DNA from: Eledone cirrhosa
Taxonomy: Eukaryota
Direction of reading: 5' to 3'
DNA: 64,000 nucleotides
Assembly (NCBI GenBank): GCA_964016885.1
Contig: OZ024740.1
Span: forward strand, 306,962,001 to 307,026,000
Numbering within the stretch: position 1 is the first letter of the stretch; each line of letters begins with the position of its first letter. The position numbers were made by a program, and so were the translations under genes. The notes under the pieces were generated by a model. That model did no database searches. It was given only the letters and a program-made list of their open reading frames with translations, and was not told the DNA's origin. This document shows, piece after piece, positions 1-12,707 of the stretch.

Positions 1-12
1 ATATATATATAC

Positions 13-47
<35 letters not shown>

Positions 48-262
48 CATATATATATACATATATATATATATATACACATATATATATACATATATAT
101 ATATATATACATATATATATACATATATATATATATATACATATATATATACATATATATATACATATACATATATATATACATATACATATATATATAC
201 ATATATATATACATATACATATATATATACATATACATATATATATACATATATATACATAT
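1..262. repeat. (TA)n/(TACA) microsatellite array
   Basis: Pure TA repeat interrupted by periodic C; one of many such arrays (also 864-1338, 2150-2402, 2749-3035, 4620-4871, 38843-39670). Confidence 0.98.
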
Positions 263-862
263 ATGGTGGCTGCCAACTCGTTTTCGAGTACGGCCACTAC
301 TTTATATCCATGTAGGAGAACCCCTACCGAAGCGCTGAACGAGTGTGACTTTTTAGTCCAGCCAGCGACTTGAAAACTCTGGTACAAACACTACACTTGT
401 GACAATTATTGACACATAGTGCTGGGCCCATGGTACCATGTGACGGCAAGTGCAGAGAGATCTCCAGATATAAAGCAATGCCTGTGCCGTGAAGGTTTTA
501 TAGTGAGCAAAGGCACTGCACAAAGCCAGTCCCACTCTCTTAACCAAGATGATATTTACCAAAAAGAAGAACAAGTCAACATCATTGGATACCATCAGGG
601 TTGCAGGTGTTATATCAGAGTTTTCCTTCTCCTAGAATTCTGCCTTGACAAAGGCTAAGGGGTCATCTCTCCCGGTGATTTTGGATGGCCATTGACTCTT
701 AAGAGCTCCTTTGCCCTTTGACAGGTTTTGTTTTTAGTCCTGCAGGATGTCCAAAGTCACCCTCCTCACCAAGAAACCTTGGTGGGGTTGCCAGTTTAGT
801 CGCCAACGACCCGACCATGAGACAGGTTGTACTGGGATACATGTTACCAGTAGCACCAACTG
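263..862 (-). mobile_element. ~600-bp non-coding retroposon, probably non-autonomous and RTE-derived
   Basis: Close inverted copy at 44953-45477 shares the 3' end (GGCAGCCACCAT then AT repeat) but is 5'-truncated. Contains CTAGGAGAAGGAAAACTCTGA, recalled from RTE 5' UTRs and the Ceph-SINE domain. Confidence 0.7.
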
Positions 863-897
<35 letters not shown>

Positions 898-952
898 CAT
901 ATATATACATATATATACATATACATATATATATATATATAAATATATATAC

Positions 953-987
<35 letters not shown>

Positions 988-1196
988 CATATATATACAT
1001 ATATATACATATACATATATATATAAATATATATACATATATATATATATATATACATATATACATATATATAAATATATATACATATATACATATATAT
1101 ATATATACATATATATAAATATATATACATATATATAAATATATATACATATATATATATACATATATATATATACATATATATAAATATATATAC

Positions 1197-1227
<31 letters not shown>

Positions 1228-1300
1228 CATATATACATATATATAAATATATATACATATATATATATATATATACATACATATATATACATATATATAT

Positions 1301-1337
<37 letters not shown>

Positions 1338-1343
<6 letters not shown>

Positions 1344-1440
1344 GTCTTGCTCAAGGAAACAACACATCACTCGGTCTGAGAATTGAACTCACAACCTTTC
1401 GATTGCAAGGCCAATGCTCTAACCACTAAGCCATGTGCCT
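1338..1440 (-). mobile_element. SINE-A tRNA-like head fragment
   Basis: Reverse complement of 6861-6963 (A box TGGCTTAGTGG, B box GAGTTCAATTC, CCTTGAGCAAGACACTT). Confidence 0.85.
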
Positions 1441-1479
1441 ATATATATATATATGTATATATATATGTATATATATATG

Positions 1480-1510
<31 letters not shown>

Positions 1511-1524
1511 GTATATATATATGG

Positions 1525-1584
<60 letters not shown>

Positions 1585-2150
1585 CATCATCATCATCATC
1601 ATCATCAACGTTTAACGTCCGTGTTCCACGCTTGCATGGGTTTGGACGGGGGTAGTCCCACTTGAGGCAAGAGTGATTGTCTTGCTCGCATAGGACTGTC
1701 TGGCAGGTTTTCTACAGTTGGATGCCCTTCCTAACACCAACCACATTTACAGTGTGGGTCTGGGAGGTTTTTACCGTGTTGCCTACAAGGCCACATTGTG
1801 TGTTTTTTTGTCATGACACCTACACGATCTCATTTGTTTCGGCCTGGATGGCGCGGCACCAACATAACTTTACATAGAACGGGGTGATGGGGTGGGGGTG
1901 ATGGGGTGGGGGTGGGGTGGTGGGACGGGGTATATTTTGTTAGAGATGCCTACTGGCTGGAGTAGGTTTTACTATATATTTAGGTAAGGCGGGTCTTCTC
2001 TGTTACTGAGTACCGCCAAAGGTCTCGGTCCAGTGACATTGTCTTGGAGAGGTGTAAGTGTGTGAGGTCGGAGTTTATCAGCTCGTCCCAGGTTTTTCTA
2101 GGTCTGCCTATTCCGTGGTTACCGTCTATCTTTATTGCCCTGCACTTTGT
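1585..2150 (-). mobile_element. RTE family 1 3' fragment with (GAT)n tail
   Basis: Matches the C-terminus ([11 protein letters not shown]...EKTRLT*) and 3' UTR of the 12708-16466 element. Confidence 0.93.
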
Positions 2151-2219
<69 letters not shown>

Positions 2220-2225
2220 CATACA

Positions 2226-2277
<52 letters not shown>

Positions 2278-2292
2278 CATACATATATATAT

Positions 2293-2397
<105 letters not shown>

Positions 2398-2402
2398 CAT
2401 AT

Positions 2403-2748
2403 ATCATTCATCATCATCATTTCATTTTACGTCCGCTTTTCCCTGCTTGCAAGGGTGGGACGGGAACTGATTCTGGCTTGATTTCTACAGCTGGATGCCC
2501 TTCCTAACACCAACCTCATTTACAGTGAGTGCTGGGTGCTTTTTTGCCGTGGCACCTACACGACCACTTTGCAGTGGAATGATAGGGACCTCAGTCCCTA
2601 TCATCTCATTTCTACAGCTGAGTAAACTGGAGCAATTTGAAATAAAGTGTCTTGCTCAAGGAAACAACACACCACCCGGTCTGAGAATTGAACTCACAAC
2701 CTTTCGATTGCAAGGCCAATGCTCTAACCACTAAGCCATGTGCCTCCA
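2403..2748 (-). mobile_element. SINE-A: tRNA-derived, CORE-like centre, RTE-type tail
   Basis: Pol III A/B boxes, CCTTGAGCAAGACACTTT central block, 3' part shared with the RTE family 2 3' UTR, (GAT)n tail. Confidence 0.9.
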
Positions 2749-2750
2749 TG

Positions 2751-3021
<271 letters not shown>

Positions 3022-3035
3022 TACATATATATATA

Positions 3036-3303
3036 CACCTCTCCAAGACAATGTCACTGGACCGAGACCTTTGGCGGTACTCAGTAACAGAGAAGACCCG
3101 CCTTACCTAAATATATAGTAAAACCTACTCCAGCCAGTAGGCATCTCTAACAAAATACACCCCGTCCCACCACCACCACCCCCACCCGATCCACACCACC
3201 CCGTTCTATATATATATATACACCTCAAGTGGGACTACCCCCGTCCAAACCCATGCAAGCGTGGAACACGGACGTTAAACGTTGATGATGATGATGATGA
3301 TGA
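3036..3303 (+). mobile_element. RTE family 1 3' end with part of the UTR replaced by (TA)n
   Basis: [11 protein letters not shown]...* plus UTR start, a TA run, then the terminal hairpin and (GAT)n. Confidence 0.88.
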
Positions 3304-3311
3304 TATATACA

Positions 3312-4620
3312 TATCATCATCATCATCATCATCATCATCTTCAACTTTTAACGTCCCGTGTTCCACGCTTGCATGGGTTTGGACGGGGGTAGTCCCACTT
3401 GAGGCAAGAGTGATTTTCTTGCTCGCATAGGACTGTCTGGCAGGTTTTCTACAGGTGGATGCCCTTCCTTACACCAACCACATTTACAGTGTGGAACTGG
3501 GAGGTTTTTACCGTGTTGCCTACACGGCCACATTACAGCGTGGACTGTGCGTTTTTTTGTCGTGACACCTACACAATATCATTTGTTTCGGCCTGGATGG
3601 CGCGGCACCAACATAACTTTACATAGAACGGGGTGGTCTGGATGGGGTGGGGGTGGTGGTGGTGGACGGGGTGTATTTTGTTAGAGATGCCTACTGGCTG
3701 GAGTAGGTTTTACTATATATATTTAGGTAAGGCGGGTCTTCTCTGTTACTGAGTACCGCCAAAGGTCTCGGTCCAGTGACATTGTCTTGGAGAGGTGTAA
3801 GTGTGTGAGGTCGGAGTTTATCAGCTCGTCCCAGGTTTTTCTAGGTCTGCCTATTCCGTGGCTACCGTCTATCTTTATTGCCCTGCACTTTGTTATACAG
3901 CTATCGACTTTCATGCGCATCACGTGTTCATACCAACGTAGCCTTCTCTCGAGTAAACAACATCTGATCCCTCTTATCTCTAATTTTTTCCTTAGTTCGT
4001 TTATGCTTTGCCGTTCACGTATATTACTGTTACACATCCAGCGGAGCATGCAAGCTTCGTTCCTCTCTAGTCTGCGTATATCCTCTGCACACAATGCCCA
4101 GGTCTCACTGCCATGCAACATTGCTGTTCGTATGCAGGCATCGTACAACCTGCCTTTCATTTTAGGGAGAACCCTTTAGCAGCTAATAGTGGTATAAGCT
4201 CTCTGAACTTTTTCCAACCAGTTCTGACTCTAGCTACAGTACTTTCAGAGCACCCTCCCCCACTGCTGATTTTATCGCCCAGGTAACGGAAGCTGTCCAC
4301 TATTTCTATAGAACCCTCTGCGCAATTGAAAGAGCTAGTATTTTGTGGGCACTTGCTGCTACTTATTGCACCAGAACACCGGCCACATGTAAAATCTATG
4401 TTCTTAGTTAGCTTACCTGTGATCCCACTACATCTTTTATGCACCCATACTTTGCATTTAGGACATAAAATGGAGTTTCTACCTACGCCTTTCCTATACA
4501 CCGAGCACGACCATTTCCCAGAAGGGACCGCCGCCTTGTTTTCTTTCCTACAAACTAGAACTTTGGTCTTAGCCAGGTTAATTTTAAGTCCTTTTGACTC
4601 TAGGCCGTGCTTCCATGTTT
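3312..4620 (-). mobile_element. 5'-truncated RTE family 1 copy (PHD plus C-terminus, frameshifted)
   Basis: ORFs 4157-4828 and 3723-4160 match the C-terminal third of the 12750-16073 protein. Confidence 0.95.
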
Positions 4621-4630
4621 GTATATATAC

Positions 4631-4665
<35 letters not shown>

Positions 4666-4780
4666 CATATATATATACATATATATATACATATATATAT
4701 ATATACATATATATATACATATATATATATACATATATATATACATATATATATACATATATATATACATATATATATAC

Positions 4781-4813
<33 letters not shown>

Positions 4814-4826
4814 CATATATATATAC

Positions 4827-4859
<33 letters not shown>

Positions 4860-4871
4860 CATATATATATA

Positions 4872-5463
4872 TCATCATCATCATCATCACCGTTTTACGT
4901 CCGTTCTTCCACGCTAGCATGGGTTAGACGGGTTGTCCTGTTGTGGGCAGTGTCTGGTCGGCTGACCATGCCTTGCTCATACAGGAACTGATCTGGCTTG
5001 ATTTCTACAGCTGGATGCCCTTCCTAACACCAACCTCATTTACAGTGAGTGCTGGGTGCTTTTTCGTGGCGCCTACACGTCCACTTTACAGTGTGGGCTG
5101 GGTGCTTTTTTGCCGTGGCACCTCCACGACCACCTTGCGGTGGGGGGGGGGGGGGGGGGCATATTGTTTATATGCTTCAGCATGTACCCATGGGAGGTCG
5201 GGTACCCTGTATTACTGCGTGACGCCAGAAGTCACGGTCGTGTGTCATTGACTTTGAGAGGTGTAGTTGGGTAAGGTCGGCTTTTATCACCTCATCCCAA
5301 GTCATCTTGGGTCTCCCCACTCCGCGGTTTCCATCAACTTCTAGTGCTCTGCACCTTTTTATGCAGCTGTCATCCTTCATACGCATCACATGTCCATACC
5401 AGCGTAACCGCCTCTCCTGCACGCAGCATTTGATTCCTCTTATGCTCAGTCTCTCTCTCAATT
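4872..5463 (-). mobile_element. RTE family 2 3' fragment
   Basis: [26 protein letters not shown]...[11 protein letters not shown]; matches 27341-28512; (GAT)n tail. Confidence 0.92.
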
Positions 5464-5588
5464 CATATATACATATATATATATATACATATATATATAC
5501 GTATATATATATATACATATATATATACGTATATATATATATATACATATATATATACGTATATATATATACATACATATATATATAC

Positions 5589-5619
<31 letters not shown>

Positions 5620-5620
5620 C

Positions 5621-5651
<31 letters not shown>

Positions 5652-5652
5652 C

Positions 5653-5683
<31 letters not shown>

Positions 5684-5712
5684 CGTATATATATATATAC
5701 ATATATATATAC

Positions 5713-5743
<31 letters not shown>

Positions 5744-5744
5744 C

Positions 5745-5775
<31 letters not shown>

Positions 5776-5978
5776 CGTATATATATATATACATATATAT
5801 ATAGGTATATATATATATATATATACATATATACGTATATATATATATACATATATATATACGTATATATATATATATATATACATATATACGTATATAT
5901 ATATATACATATATATATACGTATATATATATATACATATATATATATACGTATATATATATATACATATATATATAC

Positions 5979-6009
<31 letters not shown>

Positions 6010-6726
6010 CGTATATATATATATACATATATATATACGTATATATATATATATATATACATATATATATACGTATATATATATATACATATATATACAT
6101 ATATATACATATATATATACGTATATATATATATACATATATATACATATATATACATATATATATACGTATATATATATATACATATATATATACGTAT
6201 ATATATATATACATATATATATACGTATATATATATATACATATATATATACATATATATACATATATATATACGTATATATATATATACATATATATAA
6301 ATATATATACATATATATATACGTATATATATATATACATATATATATACATATATATACATATATATATATATACATATATATATACATATATATACAT
6401 ATATATATATATACATATATATATACATATATATACATATATATATATACATATATATACACATATATATATACATATATATATACATATATATATATAT
6501 ACATATACATATACATATATATATACATATATATATACATATATATATACATATATATATATATACATATACATATACATATATATATACATATATATAT
6601 ACATATATATATACATATATATATACATATATTTATACATATATATATACATATATATATACATATACATATATATATACATATATATATATACATATCT
6701 ATATATATATATACATATATATATAC

Positions 6727-6757
<31 letters not shown>

Positions 6758-6794
6758 CATATATATATACATATATATATACATATATATATAC

Positions 6795-6825
<31 letters not shown>

Positions 6826-6860
6826 CATATATATACATATATATATACATATATATATAT
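5464..6860. repeat. 1.4-kb (TA)n array with alternating TACA/TACG higher-order units
   Basis: Read directly; source of the spurious Y/I-rich ORFs. Confidence 0.97.
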
Positions 6861-7201
6861 AGGCACATGGCTTAGTGGTTAGAGCATTGGCCTTGCAATC
6901 GAAAGGTTGTGAGTTCAATTCTCAGACCGAGTGATGTGTTGTTTCCTTGAGCAAGACACTTTATTTAACATTGCTCCAGTTTACTCAGCTGTAGAAATGA
7001 GATGATAGGGACTGGGGTCCATATCATTCCACTGCAAAGTGGCCGTGGAGGTGCCACGGCAAAAAAAGCACCCAGCACTCACTGTAAATGAGGTTGGTGT
7101 TTGGAAGGGCATCCAGCTGTAGAAATCAAGCCAGAATCAGTTCCCGTCCCACCCTTACAAGCAGGGAAAAGCGGACATAAAATGATGATGATGATGATGA
7201 T
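6861..7201 (+). mobile_element. SINE-A
   Basis: Same structure as 2403-2748. Confidence 0.9.
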
Positions 7202-7469
7202 ATAATATATAAGATCAAAAGATGGTTAAAAGTGTTCTATGTATTTTATTATGCGCATTTCAAAAACAAATATCATCATGCAATAACATTTACGTTTTCG
7301 TCAGATAAAATAGGGAGACATGATATGAAGGTTAAAAAACACTTCTGAATAGTGCAGTTTTAAATCAACATATGAAAAGTAGTTTTAGATTGATGTGTTA
7401 TATTGGGAAAAAATTGAGTGGGGAGGGTTGCAAAGGATGAAAAAGAGGAGGAGATGAGAGTAAAAAGTG

Positions 7470-7520
<51 letters not shown>

Positions 7521-7560
7521 ATATATATATATTTCACCAATTAATCGGTAAATCACAGTA

Positions 7561-7760
7561 NNNNNNNNNNNNNNNNNNNNNNNNNNNNNNNNNNNNNNNN
7601 NNNNNNNNNNNNNNNNNNNNNNNNNNNNNNNNNNNNNNNNNNNNNNNNNNNNNNNNNNNNNNNNNNNNNNNNNNNNNNNNNNNNNNNNNNNNNNNNNNNN
7701 NNNNNNNNNNNNNNNNNNNNNNNNNNNNNNNNNNNNNNNNNNNNNNNNNNNNNNNNNNNN
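7561..7760. other. assembly gap (200 N)
   Basis: Run of n. Confidence 1.
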
Positions 7761-7934
7761 GGGCTGAGGTGATGTGGTGGGGAGGAGATGGTAGTGATAA
7801 GGCTATGAAGTAAGAGTGGGTGTGGTTGTGGTGATGGTGAGGTTTGAAAAGACAATTAAGTTTGTTATTCAATTTAGCAGAAGTAAGTTTTGGCTGCTTC
7901 TCATTTTCCCACCCTCTCTATCTTCATTGCCATT

Positions 7935-9190
7935 GCCACAACTGATACAACACCACAACACCACAACAACACCACCACAACACCACAACACCACAACACC
8001 ACAACACCACAACACCACTAAATCACCACCACAACAACACCACAACACCACTACAACACCACCACAACACCACTACAACACCACCACAACACCACAACAC
8101 CACCACCACACCACCACAACACCACTACAACACCACCACAACACCACAACACCACCACCACACTGCCGCAACACCGCTACATCACCACCACAACCTCAAC
8201 ACCACAACAACACCAGAACACCACAACACCACAACACCACCACACCACCACAACACCACTACATCACCACCACAACACCACCACAACACCACCACAACAT
8301 CACCACAACACCACTACATCACCACCACAACCTCAACACCACAACAACACCACAACACCACAACACCACCGCTACATCACTACATCACCATCGCAACCTC
8401 AACACCACAACAACACCACAACACCACAACACCAGAACACCACCACCACAACACCGCTACAACACACCACAACACCACAACACCACCACCACAACACTGC
8501 TACAACACCACCACAACCTCAACACCACAACAACACCACAACACCACAACACCACAACACCACCACACCACCACAACACCACTACATCACCACCACAACC
8601 TCAACACCACAACAACACCACAACACCACAACACCAGAACACCACAACCCCACCACACCACCACAACACCACTACATCACCCCCACAACACCACCACAAC
8701 ACCACCACAACATCCCCACAACACCACTACATCACCACCACAACCTCAACACCACAACAACACCACAACACCAGAACACCACAACACCACCACACTACCA
8801 CAACACCACTACATCACCACCACAACACCACCACAACACCACCACAACATCACCACAACACCACTACATCACCACCACAACCTCAACACCACAACAACAC
8901 CACAACACCACAACACCAGAACACCACCACCACAACACTGCTACAACACCACCACAACCTCAACACCACAACACCACCACAACATCACCACAACACCACT
9001 ACATCACCATCACAACCTCAACACCACAACAACACCACAACACCACCACCACAACACCACAACACCACCACACTACCACAACACCACCATAAAACCACAA
9101 CACTACCACACCACCACAACAACACCACCACACCACCACAACACCACCCCCCACACACACACAACACACACTCAAATATATATTTATGTG

Positions 9191-9228
<38 letters not shown>

Positions 9229-9292
9229 TATATATATATATTTATATTTATATGTGTGTGTGTCTGTGTGTGTCTGTGTATATGTGTATGTA

Positions 9293-9376
<84 letters not shown>

Positions 9377-9690
9377 TACTCAATCACAGACACACACAAA
9401 CGCCATAGTCAAACACTCACATACACCCTTCACGCATCTATACACATATACACATACAATATGCTCGAGTAAACACATACAATTTTACGCATCACAATTT
9501 AACACTCAAAAACATTTTCACCCATATATAACATATGCATATTTATACATATGCACCCACACACTTGCATATATATTCATATACATTCATATATATATAT
9601 ACATCTCACAAACACCAACCCACAAGCATTTACATACTCTCATGCACACATTAACATACACACACACACACTCACATAGGGAGACAAAGG

Positions 9691-9723
<33 letters not shown>

Positions 9724-9774
9724 CTCACTCACTAACACCCCTTGCATACATATATACATACATACATACATACA

Positions 9775-9806
<32 letters not shown>

Positions 9807-10260
9807 CACATCCATCCATACATACATACACACATTTATACATACATATATGTTCACTCACACACACCACACACCCTCACATACCACACACCCCCACTCA
9901 CACATACCCCCCCCCACACACCACACACAAACCTATTTCACACATATGCACATACACATTTACTATTCAATACATGGATGGACACACTAACATCTGCAGT
10001 TCATAAACACAAACATATACACATTCACATTTACATACACAAACTCACACACTAACATGTGTATATTTACACAAACATATCTCACACCCTAACACTCACA
10101 AACGCCAACACCTCCTACACATACACACATATCTCACGCAAGTTCGTACACATACACAAGTATGCATTTTCATATTTACATACATGGGCTGACACACTAA
10201 CATGTATATTCACAGCGCACCACTCCCCTATCCCTCCATACACACACTTGCATAGGAAAC
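7935..10260. repeat. low-complexity CACCACAA repeat followed by CA/CATA-rich simple repeats
   Basis: Read directly; explains the 530-aa [11 protein letters not shown]. Confidence 0.9.
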
Positions 10261-10490
10261 AAAAGGTATGATATAGGCCATGAGAATTTGGGATGAAGTA
10301 AGAAGTAGATTAAGGAGAGGTTTACTGGGAATCAATGTTCACAACAAGTATTTCCTATTATCTTCGTTGCTACTATGGTCTTAGAACTCTGTATTAGAAA
10401 CTAAGAGATAGATAGATAGATATGTTTCTTTATTAGCACAGGGATAGATAGATAGATAGATATACAGGTATGTGTATATATATATATATA

Positions 10491-10789
10491 TCATCATCAT
10501 CATCATCAACGTTTAACGTCCGTGTTCCACGCTTGCATGGGTTTGGACGGGGGTAGTCCCACTTGAGGCAAGAGTGATTGTCTTGCTCGCATAGGACTGT
10601 CTGGCAGGTTTTCTACAGTTGGATGCCCTTCCTAACACCAACCACATTTACAGTGTGGGTCTGGGAGGTTTTTACCGTGTTGCCTACACGGCCACATTAC
10701 AGCGTGGACTGTGTGTTTTTTTGTCGTGACACCTACACGATCTCATTTGTTTCGGCCTCGATGGCGCGGCACCAACATAACTTTACATA

Positions 10790-10790
<1 letters not shown>
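10491..10790 (-). mobile_element. RTE family 1 3' UTR fragment
   Basis: Matches 16163-16466. Confidence 0.9.
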
Positions 10791-10866
<76 letters not shown>

Positions 10867-10873
<7 letters not shown>

Positions 10874-11388
10874 AAGTTAAATAAAAGTCAAATGATTAAA
10901 ATTTAGCTTCGTTTATTACTGCTATATATATTTCAGTGACAGCCATCTTTGGCTGTGACCTCTTCAGGCAGTTTGAATTAGTATGGTATAGACAAGTACA
11001 TATGTTGTTTAGGTGTATGATATTGTCAATACTCTGATATGCCCAGTTCCTTGCTGGGTTGTTAATTCACTGGGGAACGTTCCCCAGTGAATTAACAACC
11101 CAGCAAGGAACTGGGCATATCAGAGTATTGACAATATCATACACCTAAACAACATATGTACTTGTCTATACCATACTAATTCAAACTGCCTGAAGAGGTC
11201 ACAGCCAAAGATGGCTGTCACTGAAATATATATAGCAGTAATAAACGAAGCTAAATTTTAATCATTTGACTTTTATTTAACTTTATTTTACACTACTCCG
11301 GAGTAACCAAACCAACCTGCGCACTTCGTCGAGTGCTCCAGCCTGCATACTGAGGTGTTGGTATACAACCAACATAAACTCAAAATCT
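10867..11388. mobile_element. Penelope-like family A fold-back insertion (212-bp spacerless palindrome plus ~98-bp tail)
   Basis: 10867-11078 is the reverse complement of 11079-11290; unpaired tail 11291-11388; (TA)n on both sides; each arm carries an HHR motif. Confidence 0.85.
11185..11239 (+). ncRNA. type I minimal hammerhead ribozyme (mirror copy on - strand in the left arm)
   Basis: ACTGC-CTGAAGA-GGTCACAGCC/GGCTGTCACT-GAAA-TATATA(palindrome)-TA-GCAGT. Confidence 0.85.
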
Positions 11389-11410
11389 ATATATATATAT
11401 ATATATATAT

Positions 11411-11730
11411 CATCATCATCATCATCATCATCATTTCATTTTATGTCCACTTTTCCCTGCTTGCAAGGGTGGGACGGGAACTGATTCTGGCTTGATTTCT
11501 ACAGCTGGATGCCCTTCCTAACACCAACCTCATTTACAGTGAGTGCTGGGTGCTTTTTTGCCTTGGCACCTCCACGACCACTTCGCAGTGGAATGATAGG
11601 GACCCCAGTCCCTATCATCTCATTTCTACAGCTGAGTAAACTGGAGCAATGTGAAATAAAGTGCCTTGTTCAAGGAAACAACACATCACCCGGTCTATGC
11701 CTAATGCTCTAACCACTAAGCCATGTGCCT

Positions 11731-11733
<3 letters not shown>
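11411..11733 (-). mobile_element. SINE-A with a deletion removing the B box
   Basis: Matches 2403-2748 except ~35 bp of the head. Confidence 0.88.
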
Positions 11734-11785
<52 letters not shown>

Positions 11786-12707
11786 GATAGGGAGATATAT
11801 ACAGAGAGAGATAGGTATATATGTGTTGAAGTTTCCGTGGAAAAAATTAAGGGGATTGAAGAGTGCTCTATGTAAGTAACAGAGCTAAATATTTAATGTA
11901 TCTGACAAACGAATGCGGACGTCTCTTGTGTACGTCCTGTTCGGGAAACTTCGGGTAATGAGGTAATTATACTGTGTTGTTTATTATACATTAAATATAT
12001 ATATATATATAGAGAGAGAGATAGGTATGTATATATATATATATATCCTTTAAATATATATATTATCCTCCAATTCCTTAATTCTATCGTATTCTCAAAC
12101 AAAAAAACAAAATCCTTCCCATTCTACTTCTTATAAATTCCTTTAAATATATATATTATGCTACCTCGAAAGTCAAAAATCCCGCTCATACACCCTTCAC
12201 CCACCATCTTCTTCACGAGGGGTTGCGGTCAGCCACTCTCTCTCTCTCTCTCCCCCTTCCCACTCTCTCTCTCTCTCTTCCCCTTCCCCCCTCTCTCTCT
12301 CTTAGCTACACACACATATATATATATATATATAAGATAAATTCCCGTTCATGTTTATTCACTTTCGCCAAACAATTGCTGCTTCAACTACCCCTACTAC
12401 GGTGTAACCATGTAATCGTAACGTTCACGTTTTTCCTATCTACTCCACGCCACAATTTCGTACATAGTCCAAACATCCAATCTCGCAAAATCCGAAATCT
12501 GTATTTTTTGTTATTTATTAAGGTTTAAATACGGTGTTTTTGTCGTATTGAACAGAACAAATCTTGCAGTTTTGCTTTTTGTTAATCGCTTGTTAAATAT
12601 TCATAACCTTCCAACTAGATACCCCCCCCCCCCCCCACACGCATCACCATTATTATTATTATAAGCCAGAGACCCCCCCACACGCATCACCATTATTATT
12701 ATTACGC

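Noticed and set aside
790-862. HDV-like ribozyme at the 5' end of the 600-bp retroposon (GG-GTCG/CGAC-TAA-ACTGG on - strand)
   Set aside because: P4 and J4/2-like pieces are present, but I could not build a valid P1, P3 and L3.
7816-9408. 530-aa His/Thr/Pro-rich ORF
   Set aside because: Low-complexity CAC/CAA repeat next to the gap, open in other frames, running into (TA)n; no splice or domain evidence.
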